Made by a program: the position numbers and the translations under genes. Below are positions 28,591-37,909 of a stretch of 64,000 nt of DNA, in pieces. The notes under the pieces are model-generated. The model saw only the letters and a list, made by a program, of their open reading frames with translations. It ran no database searches and had not been told where the DNA came from. Positions within the stretch are counted from its first letter, which is position 1; each line of letters begins with the position of its first letter. This DNA is from Candidatus Eiseniibacteriota bacterium (GTDB lineage: Bacteria; Eisenbacteria; RBG-16-71-46; CAVPCR01), in contig CAWGMA010000004.1 of assembly GCA_963823555.1 (NCBI GenBank), positions 412,974 to 476,973 of the forward strand, given 5' to 3'.

Positions 28591-31305
28591 ATGAGCGCGG
28601 AAAGCAAGGCATCCGGCGGCTCTGATGCCGGTGATGGCGCGAAGCCCCCTGCCGGTGGCGGATCGGGCGCTCCCTCCTCACGGCGCGGGCGTGAGGCCGA
28701 CCCCCTGGCTGTCTACAAGGCCAAGCGCGACTTTGCCCGCACGCCCGAGCCTCTGACCGATGCCGACCCCACGGCCGAGGCCCCGGCGGAGGCCCCCATC
28801 TTCTGCGTCCAGAAGCACCAGGCGCGGCAGCTGCACTACGACTTCCGACTCGAGATGGGCGGTGTCCTCAAGTCCTGGGCCGTGCCGAAGGGGCCATCGC
28901 TCGATCCCGAGGAGAAGCGGTTCGCGGCTCGAACCGAGGATCACCCGCTCCCGTATGCCGACTTCGAGGGCGTGATTCCCGAGGGCAACTACGGGGCCGG
29001 GACGGTCATGCTGTGGGACCACGGGACCTGGGAGCATCTGGGTCCGAGCTCCGACCCCGAGGCCGATCTCGCGACAGGCAAGCTCGACTTCGCTCTGCAC
29101 GGGCGAAAGCTCGATGGGCGCTTCGCACTCGTGCGCCTCAGAGGCGGCCGCTCCCCAGAGGGAGAGCCGCAACCCGGGCAGGAAGCGAAGGAGTGGCTTC
29201 TCCTCAAGAAGGGCGATGCGTTCGCTCGTCGCGGAAGCGACATCGCCGCGGAGGCCGATTTCTCGGCCAAGACCGGGCTCTCACTCGAGGAGATTGCGGT
29301 CGATTCGCCCGCGGTGTGGAACCCCGAAACCCGCCGCCTGCTCGTGTCCGAGCCCCGCGTGGAGCGCGTGCCGATGCCCGACTCGGTGGCGCCCATGCTG
29401 GCCACTCTGGCGGACACCCCACCGGCGGGAGACCGGTGGCTCCACGAGCTCAAGCATGATGGCGTGCGGGTCATCGCCTACCGCCGCCGCGAATCCACGG
29501 CGGTCGAAGATCATGCGTCGCCGGTCGAGCTCTCGAGCCGGAGTGGGCGCGATCAGACTCTCCTCTACCCGGAAATAGCCACGGCGCTCGGGAAGCTGGT
29601 CGCCACCGAGTTCATTCTCGACGGTGAGATCGTCACCCTCGATGCCGAGGGCCGGGCGAGCTTCCAGCGCTTGCAGCCGCGGATGCAGGCCTCTCCGCGC
29701 GATGTGGAGCGACTGCGGCGCGAAGCGCCCGTGGTCGCCTTCTGCTTCGATATCCTCTACCTCGATGGCGTCGATCTCAGGCGAATGCCCGTCGAGGAGC
29801 GCAAGCAAGTGCTTGCTGCGCTCCTCGAGGGCGCTCCCCCGGAGCTCATCTACTCGGATCACATCATCGGGCACGGAGCGGACTTCTTCGCCTTGGCGTC
29901 TCGGTCCGGAGTCGAGGGCATCGTCTCGAAGCGGCTCGGATCGTCCTACGTCGGCCGCCGATCCAGTTCGTGGATCAAGGTCAAGCGAGTCGAGGATCGC
30001 GAGTTCGTGGTCGGGGGGTTCACGGCGCCGCAGGGCTCACGCACGCACTTCGGCGCCCTGCTCATCGGACTCTACGATGCCGCGGGAGCGTTGCACTATG
30101 TCACACGAGTGGGATCGGGATTCGACGCGGCGCGCCTGGCCGCGATCCATGCCGAGCTCATTGCACGCGAGTGCGCCGAGTCTCCCTTTGCCGAGGCCCC
30201 GGCCATCGCCGATGCGCGATGGGTCCGACCGGAACTCGTCGCCCGCGTCAAGTTCGCCGAGTGGACTCGCGATGGCGGGCTCAGGGCACCGGTGTTTCTC
30301 GGCATGGTTCCCGACCTGGCCCCGGGAGACTGTCGCCAGCCGACGGGTGGGGCCGAGCCGCAACCGGCAACCGCCGGGGCGGTCCGGCGCGGTGCGATCG
30401 TCGATCTCTCGCCGCCGCCGGGCGCAGTGCGCCTCGCCAATCCCGACAAGGTGCTCTTTCCCGAGGATGGAATCACCAAACGCGATGTCTTCGCCTACTT
30501 CCGGCTGGTGGCACCGCTCCTCCTCGAGCATCTGGCCGACCGTCCGCTGTCGTTGCAGCGTTGGCCCGATGGCATCCATGCCCCATCGTTCTTCCAGAAG
30601 GACGCGCCGGATGTCCTGCCGCCCTATGTGCGCACCGAACCGATAGCGGGCGAGGAGGGCAAGCGGGTCACAAGGTTCATCATTGCCGACAACGAGGAAA
30701 CGATACTCTGGCTGGCCAATCTGACCGCCTTCACGCTGCACCCATGGGGCTCGCGCATGGGGACGCTCGACCATCCGGACTTCATGATCGTGGATCTCGA
30801 CCCCAAGGATGCTCCCTTCGCGCGCGTGGTGAGCGTTGCTTCCCGGTTGCGTGAAGTGCTGATCGCGATCGGGCTCCGCGGCTATCCGAAGGCGACGGGA
30901 TCGAGCGGGCTGCACGTCTATGTGCCACTGGCCCCGATCTACACGTACGAGCAAGTGCGGAGCTTCGCCGAGCTCCTCGGCCATGTCGTCGTGGCCCAGC
31001 TCCCGGAAGAAGCGACGCTCGAGATGAAGGTCAGCGATCGGGGTGGGAAGGTGTTCATCGACTACCTGCGGAACCAGAGGGGACAGACCGCGGCCGGTCC
31101 GTATGTCGTGCGCGCCTTGCCGGGAGCCCCGGTGTCCGCTCCTCTGGCCTGGGACGAGGTCAACAACGAGCTCTCGCCTCGCCCGTTCACGATACGCAAC
31201 ATGGAAGCGAGACTGGCCGCCGTCGGTGATCGGTGGGCGCCTGTGCTCACCGACCAGCAGCATCTCGAGGGTCCGCTCTCCGCGCTGGAACGCCTGATCG
31301 GCTGA
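28591..31305 (+). CDS. ligD: Multifunctional ATP-dependent DNA ligase LigD (phosphoesterase + ligase + polymerase/primase domains; NHEJ)
   Basis: PE domain 'HYDFRLE...KSWAVPKGPS'. Ligase motif I 'ELKHDGVRV'. C-terminal LigD-Pol domain 'GSSGLHVYVPL...IDYLRNQRGQTAAGPYVVR'. Start moved to the ATG at 28591 (GGGAGGG upstream). Confidence 0.85.
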   Translation: MSAESKASGGSDAGDGAKPPAGGGSGAPSSRRGREADPLAVYKAKRDFARTPEPLTDADPTAEAPAEAPIFCVQKHQARQLHYDFRLEMGGVLKSWAVPKGPSLDPEEKRFAARTEDHPLPYADFEGVIPEGNYGAGTVMLWDHGTWEHLGPSSDPEADLATGKLDFALHGRKLDGRFALVRLRGGRSPEGEPQPGQEAKEWLLLKKGDAFARRGSDIAAEADFSAKTGLSLEEIAVDSPAVWNPETRRLLVSEPRVERVPMPDSVAPMLATLADTPPAGDRWLHELKHDGVRVIAYRRRESTAVEDHASPVELSSRSGRDQTLLYPEIATALGKLVATEFILDGEIVTLDAEGRASFQRLQPRMQASPRDVERLRREAPVVAFCFDILYLDGVDLRRMPVEERKQVLAALLEGAPPELIYSDHIIGHGADFFALASRSGVEGIVSKRLGSSYVGRRSSSWIKVKRVEDREFVVGGFTAPQGSRTHFGALLIGLYDAAGALHYVTRVGSGFDAARLAAIHAELIARECAESPFAEAPAIADARWVRPELVARVKFAEWTRDGGLRAPVFLGMVPDLAPGDCRQPTGGAEPQPATAGAVRRGAIVDLSPPPGAVRLANPDKVLFPEDGITKRDVFAYFRLVAPLLLEHLADRPLSLQRWPDGIHAPSFFQKDAPDVLPPYVRTEPIAGEEGKRVTRFIIADNEETILWLANLTAFTLHPWGSRMGTLDHPDFMIVDLDPKDAPFARVVSVASRLREVLIAIGLRGYPKATGSSGLHVYVPLAPIYTYEQVRSFAELLGHVVVAQLPEEATLEMKVSDRGGKVFIDYLRNQRGQTAAGPYVVRALPGAPVSAPLAWDEVNNELSPRPFTIRNMEARLAAVGDRWAPVLTDQQHLEGPLSALERLIG

Positions 31306-31310
31306 CGCGG

Positions 31311-31349
31311 GGACGAACCGGCCGGTCCCGTCACTCGGCCGGTTCGTCC
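31311..31349. terminator. 13-bp perfect inverted repeat (GGACGAACCGGCC ... GGCCGGTTCGTCC) between convergent ligD and the Arc-like gene; candidate bidirectional terminator or RNA hairpin
   Basis: Seen in the sequence. Arms are exact reverse complements with a 13-nt loop. There is no clear U-tract. The hairpin overlaps the last codons of the Arc-like gene. Confidence 0.4.
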
Positions 31350-31558
31350 GGAGCGGGCGAGCCGGGATCCGGAGCCGGGTTCTTCCGCGCCCGGCCCCGC
31401 CGCTCTTCGACGGCTCGCCGCAGGATGAACTCGATCTGCCCGTTCACGCTGCGAAGCTCGGCATCCGCCCAGCGCCGGAGCTCCTCGTAGAGCTTACCGT
31501 CCAGCCGCAGGGGAAAGGCCTTGCGGGGCTTCTCCCCGCCGGCTCCCGTCCGTGGCAT
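31331..31558 (-). CDS. Arc-family ribbon-helix-helix DNA-binding protein (75 aa)
   Basis: 'KAFPLRLDGKLYEELRRWADAELRSVNGQIEFILRRAV' matches the Arc/MetJ RHH pattern (FPLRLP..L...A...RS.N.EI...L). Confidence 0.7.
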   Translation of the reverse strand: MPRTGAGGEKPRKAFPLRLDGKLYEELRRWADAELRSVNGQIEFILRRAVEERRGRARKNPAPDPGSPAPDEPAE

Positions 31559-31567
31559 GGCCCGCTC

Positions 31568-32434
31568 CTACGGGTACAGCGTCCCGGTGTTGACCACGGG
31601 AACGGTGTGATGGTCGCTGCACAGGACGACGAGCAGGTTGGAGACCATGGCTGCCTTCCGCTCCTCGTCGAGCTGCACCAGCTTGGTCTTCGACAGCTCG
31701 GCGAGGGCGAGCTCGACCATGCCCACCGCTCCTTCGACGATCTTGGTGCGTGCCGCGACCACCGCGCTCGCCTGCTGGCGCTGCAGCATGGCCCCGGCGA
31801 TCTCCGGCGAGTAGGCCAGGTGACTGAGGCGAGCCTCGATGATCTCCACGCCGGCGCGCCCGAGGCGCTCCTGGAGTTCGGCCTGCAGCCGGTGGCTCAC
31901 CTCATCGGTGCTGCCGCGCAGCGTGATGTCGTGCTCCTCGCCATCGTAGGTGTAGGCGCTGGCGAGGTGGCGGAGCGCGGATTCACTCTGCACCTTGACA
32001 TACTCGAGGTAATCGTCGACCTCGAACTCGGCTTCGAAGGTGTCCACGACCCGCCAGACGATGACCGCGGCGATCTCGATCGGATTCCCGGCCTTGTCGT
32101 TCACCTTCAGCTTCGCGCTCTCGTGGTTGCGCACGCGCAGCGAGATCTTGAGCTTTCTCATGAAAGGATTGGCCCAGAAGAACCCGTTGCTCTTGACCGA
32201 TCCTTGGTAACGGCCGAAGAGAAGCAGCACGGCCGCCTGGTTGGGGTTGACGATGAAGAACCCGATGCTGGTGAAGATCGCTGCGGCCAGCACGATGAAG
32301 GCTGGAATGAGCTGCGCAGCTTCATCGTTGCGGCCAGCTTTCACGATGAGCCAGATGGCCACGACATAGAGAAGAATGTCGAGCCCGAGCATCAGCCATC
32401 CCGAGCGGGCCCGAACGACACGTTCCTGACTCAC
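31568..32434 (-). CDS. SPFH/Band-7 (stomatin/prohibitin-like) membrane protein
   Basis: N-terminal TM '[19 protein letters not shown]'. SPFH core '[16 protein letters not shown]...[12 protein letters not shown]...VDTFEAEF'. Coiled-coil C-terminus. Confidence 0.85.
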   Translation of the reverse strand: MSQERVVRARSGWLMLGLDILLYVVAIWLIVKAGRNDEAAQLIPAFIVLAAAIFTSIGFFIVNPNQAAVLLLFGRYQGSVKSNGFFWANPFMRKLKISLRVRNHESAKLKVNDKAGNPIEIAAVIVWRVVDTFEAEFEVDDYLEYVKVQSESALRHLASAYTYDGEEHDITLRGSTDEVSHRLQAELQERLGRAGVEIIEARLSHLAYSPEIAGAMLQRQQASAVVAARTKIVEGAVGMVELALAELSKTKLVQLDEERKAAMVSNLLVVLCSDHHTVPVVNTGTLYP

Positions 32435-32612
32435 GAGAGTCCTCCTTGCTGAGGCGACGGGCCATCCGTCGCTTAATACCAGGATGATATCATAATGACA
32501 TCGAGGTTACAATATATTCACAATCTATTCGAATCCAACGCATTTCAGCCCCCTCCAAAGGGGTGAACCAAGGGTCGAACTGCCGCACGAAGACAGCCAA
32601 GGAGATGAAGCC

Positions 32613-32852
32613 ATGAAGAAACTGGACGTGCTCGCCGCCGTGCTCCTCGTGATCGGCGGTTTGAACTGGGGACTCATCGCTCTCACCAACACGGATCTTG
32701 TCGCGCTCATCTCGGGCGCCGGCGCCTTCGGCGCCAAGAACGTCTTGGGGTCCCTGATCTACGCACTCGTGGGAGCCGCTGCCATCTATCAGGCTCTCGG
32801 ATGGCAGGCCATCCAGCGGCGGTGGGCGCCTGTCCGCATCCAAGGAGCCTGA
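32613..32852 (+). CDS. DUF378 family small membrane protein (79 aa)
   Basis: 'MKKLDVLAAVLLVIGGLNWGLIALTNTDLVALI...LIYALVGAAAIY' is the DUF378 signature (GGLNWGL). RBS AAGGAG upstream. Confidence 0.8.
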   Translation: MKKLDVLAAVLLVIGGLNWGLIALTNTDLVALISGAGAFGAKNVLGSLIYALVGAAAIYQALGWQAIQRRWAPVRIQGA

Positions 32853-33015
32853 AAGTCTGGGGGTACCCAGGAAAGGTGGTCTGCCCTGGTCCAATGGGGG
32901 GCGCCGGGGCAGACCTACCTGGGTCCTCATCATCGAAGTCTCGCGATTCGCTTGAATTCACCGGCCTTCACAGATGGGCCCGTTCGTCAAACCGAATGAA
33001 AGAGGAGCAACTCAC

Positions 33016-33588
33016 ATGGACCGTTCCCTTCGTATCACCTTTGCCAGCGCGCTGATCATCGCCTCTTCCAGCTCGTTCACCTACGCTGATCATTGCAACG
33101 ATGGAGCGTCGCACAGCGCCACCAAGGCGGTGGCAACGACGCAGGTCGCGGCGACCCAGAGCGCCAACATCATCGCTACGGCCAGCGCTGCCGGCAGTTT
33201 CGGGACGCTGCTCACCGCCATCTCGGCCGCTGATCTCACCGATGCGCTGAAGGGTGAAGGACCCTTCACGGTGTTTGCGCCGACCGATGAAGCTTTCGCC
33301 AAGCTCCCTGACGGGACCGTGGACGCTCTGCTCAAGGACAAGGCCAGGCTGGCAGAGATCCTCAAGTACCACGTGGTCGCCGGTGAGGTGACGTCGGCGC
33401 AAGTCGTGAAGTTGACCGAGGCCAAGACCCTGCAGGGGCAGAGTCTGACCATCGCCGCCAAGGACGGGGTGACCGTCGACGGAGCGAAGGTCGTGAAGGC
33501 GGACGTCATGGCGTCGAACGGTGTCATTCATGTCATCGACCACGTTCTCATTCCGCATGCCGGTGAAACGCACGGCTCGGCTCAGTAG
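33016..33588 (+). CDS. Secreted fasciclin (FAS1) domain protein
   Basis: '[42 protein letters not shown]...[13 protein letters not shown]' are FAS1 H1/H2 motifs. Signal peptide from the internal ATG at 33016 (AAAGAGGAG upstream). Confidence 0.85.
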   Translation: MDRSLRITFASALIIASSSSFTYADHCNDGASHSATKAVATTQVAATQSANIIATASAAGSFGTLLTAISAADLTDALKGEGPFTVFAPTDEAFAKLPDGTVDALLKDKARLAEILKYHVVAGEVTSAQVVKLTEAKTLQGQSLTIAAKDGVTVDGAKVVKADVMASNGVIHVIDHVLIPHAGETHGSAQ

Positions 33589-33680
33589 GTCGCTCAGTAG
33601 GTCCCAGAGGGGTTGAATGGGCGCCCCTCAGGTCACGGCGTCGGGCTCAGGAAGTGGACGAAGGCGGCTCTCGTCCCCTC

Positions 33681-33705
33681 CGGGCTCGGCGCCCGATCTT
33701 TTTTT
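33681..33705 (+). terminator. Candidate intrinsic terminator after the fasciclin gene: CGGGC-tcggc-GCCCG followed by ATCTTTTTTT
   Basis: Seen in the sequence. 5-bp GC stem plus a 7-T tract. It lies inside the N-terminal extension of ORF-track ORF 33613..34758, supporting the later start at 33754. Confidence 0.35.
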
Positions 33706-33753
33706 CGGAGCAGAAGACGGAGTAGACTGCGCCCGGCGAGGAGGGCTTTACCG

Positions 33754-34758
33754 ATGCCAGATGCAACGCGCGATACGGACACGGGTGGACGGCTCACCAT
33801 CGGGTCTCTGTCTCGCGCCACGGGCATCCCGGTCGAGACCCTCCGCACCTGGGAGCAGCGCTACGGATTTCCCGAACCCGAGCGCAAGACTTCAGGTCAT
33901 CGGGTCTACCCCCTTTCAATCGTGGGGCGGTTGCAGCGCATATCCGCAGCGCTGGCTCGCGGTCACCGGGCCGGGGAGGTGGTGCGGGCGAGCGATGAGG
34001 AGCTTGACGCTTTGCTGGCCACGCCCGTGGTGGGCCGCGCGGCGGGCGGAGGTGGGCGCGAGGCGGCCCGGCTCGCCGCGACCGCCGGGGATCGCCAGGC
34101 GCTCTCCGGCGAGGATCGGGCATCGCTTGCCGAATCGCTGGCCGCCGTCTCGGCTTTCGATGCCCCGCGCCTGACCCGGCATCTCGAACACGAGTGGGCG
34201 CGCCTTGGTCCCTTCGATTTCCTCCACCGCCGGATCGCTCCCCTGGTTCATGCGGTGGGGGAGTGCTGGGCTCGCGGCGAGCTGGAGATCCGGCACGAGC
34301 ACTTCCTGAGTGAGCGTGTGGCCGATCTCCTGCGGGCTCTACGCGTACCGTTCGAGGACATCGCACGGGGGCCGCTGGTCGTGCTCACGACGCTTCCTGG
34401 CGAGTCGCATTCGCTCGGCCTGCAGATGAGCTCTCTGGTCATGGTCATCGGTGGATGTCGCGTCCTCTACCTCGGGCCGCAGATTCCACCGGAGGAGGCT
34501 GCCAACGTCGTGCGCGAGATGGGCGCGAGGGCCCTCGGGTTGAGCGTGTCTGTCGCCACCGCCGGGAAGGCGACGGCGGCGGCGATTGCGGAACTCAGAC
34601 GGTTGCTCCCCCGGCGGAGCCTTCTCCTGGTGGGTGGGGCTGGCGCCCCGGAGGAGGTCCCGCGCGGGGTCGAGGTGATCGAGGACCTGGATCGGCTCCA
34701 CGCCTGGGCCCAGCGTCTCTCACGCGTGGAAACGACTGCACCCCGGCGCTCGCAGTAG
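33754..34758 (+). CDS. CarH/LitR-type MerR-family transcriptional regulator with C-terminal adenosylcobalamin-binding (photoreceptor) domain
   Basis: MerR HTH 'TIGSLSRATGIPVETLRTWEQRYGFPEPERKTSGHRVYP'. Helix-bundle 'W-x9-EH' (CWARGELEIRHEH). Rossmann B12 domain with 'E-x-H-x-x-G' (GESHSLG) as in CarH. Start moved to the ATG at 33754. Confidence 0.8.
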   Translation: MPDATRDTDTGGRLTIGSLSRATGIPVETLRTWEQRYGFPEPERKTSGHRVYPLSIVGRLQRISAALARGHRAGEVVRASDEELDALLATPVVGRAAGGGGREAARLAATAGDRQALSGEDRASLAESLAAVSAFDAPRLTRHLEHEWARLGPFDFLHRRIAPLVHAVGECWARGELEIRHEHFLSERVADLLRALRVPFEDIARGPLVVLTTLPGESHSLGLQMSSLVMVIGGCRVLYLGPQIPPEEAANVVREMGARALGLSVSVATAGKATAAAIAELRRLLPRRSLLLVGGAGAPEEVPRGVEVIEDLDRLHAWAQRLSRVETTAPRRSQ

Positions 34759-34784
34759 GTGGGTTGGGGTACGCCGAGGCGGCC

Positions 34785-36212
34785 ATGAAGACGGAGCTCC
34801 ATGTGCATCGCTCGCACATCGCCGCCGACGCCGGCGATGTCTACGACTGGCATATCCGTGACGGGGCCTTCGAGCGACTTGCTCCGCCATGGCAGCGGGT
34901 CGAGGTGGTGGAGCGAAGCGGCGGCATCGAGGAGGGGGCCCGCGTTGTCATGCGAGTGGGCCCCTTTCGGCGCCGCTGGGTTGCGGTCCACGGGCGGCAC
35001 ATCCCGGGGCGGGAGTTCCGGGATGTTCAGGTCGTTGGGCCGTTCGCCCGCTGGGTGCATGTCCACCGCTTCGAGCCGCAAGAACTCGGCGGTTGCGTGC
35101 TCGAGGATCGAGTCGAATATGCGTTGCCCCTGGGTGCCCTGGGCCGCTGGGCCGGAGGTGGCTTGGCTCAGTCCGAAATCAAGCGGTTGTTTCGCTACCG
35201 GCACGCCATGACGCGCGGGGATCTGGAGATTCATGCGCGATTCAAGGAGGTGGCCCCGATGCATATCGCCATTACCGGATCCCGCGGTCTCCTGGGATCG
35301 AGCCTGGTGCCCTTCCTGACCGCGGGTGGACATCGCGTCACGCGGATCGTGCGCCGGCCCCGGACAGGCGGCCATCTCCCCAGCGCTTCAGGACTGAGCT
35401 GGGATACGGTGCATGGCATCAGCGATCCGTCGCTCCTCGAAGGCATCGATGCCGTGGTGCATCTGGCCGGCGAGAACATCGGGGCGGGTCGCTGGTCGGC
35501 GGCACGGAAGACCAGGATCCGGCAGAGCCGCGTCGACGGCACGCGACGGCTTGCGGAGACCATCGCCGGCCTCGAGCAGCCGCCACGGGTCCTCGTGTGC
35601 GCCTCGGCCATCGGCTACTACGGGAACCGCGGTGAGGAGCTCCTCGACGAGAACAGCCTCGGCGGTAGGGGCTTCCTCGCCGATCTGTGCCGGGAGTGGG
35701 AGGCCGCTGCCGAGCCCGCCGTGCGCGCCGGGGTGCGGACCGTGCACCTGCGCTTCGGGGTGATCTTGAGCCCGGCGGGTGGTGCTCTAGCCAGGATGTT
35801 GCCGCTGTTCCGGCTCGGGGCCGGCGGTGTCCTGGGTTCCGGCCGGCAGTTCATGAGCTGGGTGGGGATCGACGATGCGGTCGGTGCCGTCTTGCACGCC
35901 TTGGCGAGCGCATCGGTCTCCGGTCCGGTGAATGTGGTATCGCCCGAACCGGTGACCAACGCCGAGTTCACGCGTATCCTGGCCCGAGTTCTGGGTCGTC
36001 CGGCGTTGATGTCGGTGCCGGCCTTTGCGCTTCGCCTCGCCTTCGGCGAGCTCGCTGATGAGACGCTCCTCTCGAGTCAGCGCGCGGCGCCGGCCCGTCT
36101 CCTGGCCACCGGCTTTCGCTTCCGCGAGGCCGGTCTCGAAGGGGCGCTGCGCGGTCTCCTGGGCCGTGAACACGAGGAGACCGCGGGGAAAGGCGCCCAG
36201 GGCGCTACGTGA
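34785..36212 (+). CDS. Fusion protein: N-terminal SRPBCC (START / polyketide-cyclase-like) domain + TIGR01777 / YfcH-type NAD-dependent epimerase/dehydratase (SDR with DUF1731)
   Basis: SRPBCC part 'MKTELHVHRSHIAADAGDVYDWHIRDGAFERL...'. SDR part 'IAITGSRGLLGSSLVPFL...VVHLAGENIGAGRWS...GGVLGSGRQFMSWVGIDD'. ATG at 34785 follows the carH-like stop with GAGG upstream. The ORF-track start 34455 overlaps carH. Confidence 0.8.
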   Translation: MKTELHVHRSHIAADAGDVYDWHIRDGAFERLAPPWQRVEVVERSGGIEEGARVVMRVGPFRRRWVAVHGRHIPGREFRDVQVVGPFARWVHVHRFEPQELGGCVLEDRVEYALPLGALGRWAGGGLAQSEIKRLFRYRHAMTRGDLEIHARFKEVAPMHIAITGSRGLLGSSLVPFLTAGGHRVTRIVRRPRTGGHLPSASGLSWDTVHGISDPSLLEGIDAVVHLAGENIGAGRWSAARKTRIRQSRVDGTRRLAETIAGLEQPPRVLVCASAIGYYGNRGEELLDENSLGGRGFLADLCREWEAAAEPAVRAGVRTVHLRFGVILSPAGGALARMLPLFRLGAGGVLGSGRQFMSWVGIDDAVGAVLHALASASVSGPVNVVSPEPVTNAEFTRILARVLGRPALMSVPAFALRLAFGELADETLLSSQRAAPARLLATGFRFREAGLEGALRGLLGREHEETAGKGAQGAT

Positions 36213-36314
36213 CCGTGCTCGGCTCGACGAAACTCCGGCGACCGCATAGACTCCACGGCTCGAGTCCTGCCCGTAACCGGGAGCCCGGTTCCGGCCCTTC
36301 ATGGTTGGAGGATC

Positions 36315-37874
36315 ATGGCGAGGGATCTACGTTCTCTGGCGGAAACGCGCGTCGGCGCCCGGGCGCGCAGCGCCCCGGATGCGCCGCGTCAGCGCGCCGC
36401 GGGTATTCTGCTGCATCCGACCTCTCTCCCCGGGCCGTTCGGCATCGGGGATCTGGGCCCGGATGCCCATCGTTTCATCGATCTCCTGGCCGACTCTGGA
36501 CATCGTGTCTGGCAGATGTTGCCGCTCGGGCCGCCCGGGTACGGGAACTCCCCCTATTCGGCGCGCTCTGCCTTTGCCGGCAACGCGTTCTTGCTCTCTC
36601 CCGCGCTCCTGGCCGATGAGGGTCTGATCGCGCCGGGCGAGCTCAAGTCGGCTCCATCCTTCCCCGCAGGGCATGTCGATTTCAGCGCCGTGGTTGCCTG
36701 GAAGGAAAGGCTCTTCCGCAGCGCCTTTCATCGCTTCCAGGATCGGGACGGACGGGCCGAGCTCGAGGCCTTCACCGCGGCGAACGCGAGCTGGCTTCCA
36801 GACTACGTGCTGTTCATGGCATTGCGAGCCCACCACCCCGGGGGATGGCACGAATGGCCGCGGGAGCTCGTGCGTCGCGAACCCGCCGCACTGGCTGGCG
36901 CCGGAGCCCAGCTCGCCGAGGAGGTGGCCTACCACACCTTCCTCCAGTCTCGCTTCGCACAGCAGTGGGCCGCGCTGAGGATCCATGCGCAAGATGCCGG
37001 CGTTCGCCTCTTCGGCGACATTCCCATCTTCGTCGCCGACGATTCGGCCGACGTATGGGCCCATCAGAGTCTCTTCGAGCTCGATGCCAGGGGGCGCCCG
37101 CTCGTGGTCGCCGGGGTCCCGCCCGACTACTTCTCCGCCACCGGGCAGCTGTGGGGCAATCCGGTCTATCGCTGGGATACTCTCGCCGCCACCGGATATC
37201 GATGGTGGATCGAGCGCTTTCGCCGCACCTTCGAACTCGTCGATATGGCCCGCATCGATCACTTCCGTGGCTTCGAAGCCACGTGGCAGGTGCCCGCCGG
37301 AGAAGAGACCGCCGAGCGCGGGGCCTGGGTGCCGGGTCCCGGGCTCGAGCTGTTCCGCGGCGTCGAGAGCGAACTCGGCCGGCTTGCCATCGTGGCCGAG
37401 GATCTCGGTCTGATCACCGAGCAGGTCCGCATCCTCCGTGATGCCACTGGCTACCCTGGAATGCGCGTGCTGCAATTCGCCTTCGAGGGGGATCCCGGCC
37501 ATCCTTTCCTTCCACACAACTACGTGCCCAACACGGTCGCCTACAGCGGCACGCACGACAACGACACGACCCGTGGCTGGTATGCGTCCCTGGAGACCGA
37601 TGGACGCGAGAAGCTCGCTCGGTATCTCGGGTGTCCGGTCGATGGTGATCGGGTGGTGGATCACATCATTCGCCTGGCGTATCAGTCGGTTGCCGACCTG
37701 GCCGTGATCCCGATGCAGGACGTGCTCGACTTGGGCAGTGCGGCGCGCATGAACACGCCGGCCGTGCCCAACGGCAACTGGGAGTGGCGCTTTGCATGGG
37801 ATGACGTGAGGCCGGAACGCTGGGCCTGGCTCGAGGCCCTCGCTCATGTTTACGGCCGCCGGCCGGATTCCTAG
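36315..37874 (+). CDS. malQ: 4-alpha-glucanotransferase (amylomaltase, GH77)
   Basis: 'AGILLHPTSLPGPFGIGDLG', 'GIPPDYFSATGQLWGNPVY', 'RIDHFRGF', 'YSGTHDNDT' are GH77 signatures. Confidence 0.9.
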   Translation: MARDLRSLAETRVGARARSAPDAPRQRAAGILLHPTSLPGPFGIGDLGPDAHRFIDLLADSGHRVWQMLPLGPPGYGNSPYSARSAFAGNAFLLSPALLADEGLIAPGELKSAPSFPAGHVDFSAVVAWKERLFRSAFHRFQDRDGRAELEAFTAANASWLPDYVLFMALRAHHPGGWHEWPRELVRREPAALAGAGAQLAEEVAYHTFLQSRFAQQWAALRIHAQDAGVRLFGDIPIFVADDSADVWAHQSLFELDARGRPLVVAGVPPDYFSATGQLWGNPVYRWDTLAATGYRWWIERFRRTFELVDMARIDHFRGFEATWQVPAGEETAERGAWVPGPGLELFRGVESELGRLAIVAEDLGLITEQVRILRDATGYPGMRVLQFAFEGDPGHPFLPHNYVPNTVAYSGTHDNDTTRGWYASLETDGREKLARYLGCPVDGDRVVDHIIRLAYQSVADLAVIPMQDVLDLGSAARMNTPAVPNGNWEWRFAWDDVRPERWAWLEALAHVYGRRPDS

Positions 37875-37909
37875 ATCGAGCGGGCAGGGCCGCGCCGGTC
37901 ACGGCTAGG

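Noticed and set aside
34455-34784. N-terminal 110-codon extension of the SRPBCC-epimerase ORF
   Set aside because: It overlaps the 3' end of the carH-like gene in a different frame. The ATG at 34785 directly follows the carH stop with a GAGG spacer, and the domain begins there.
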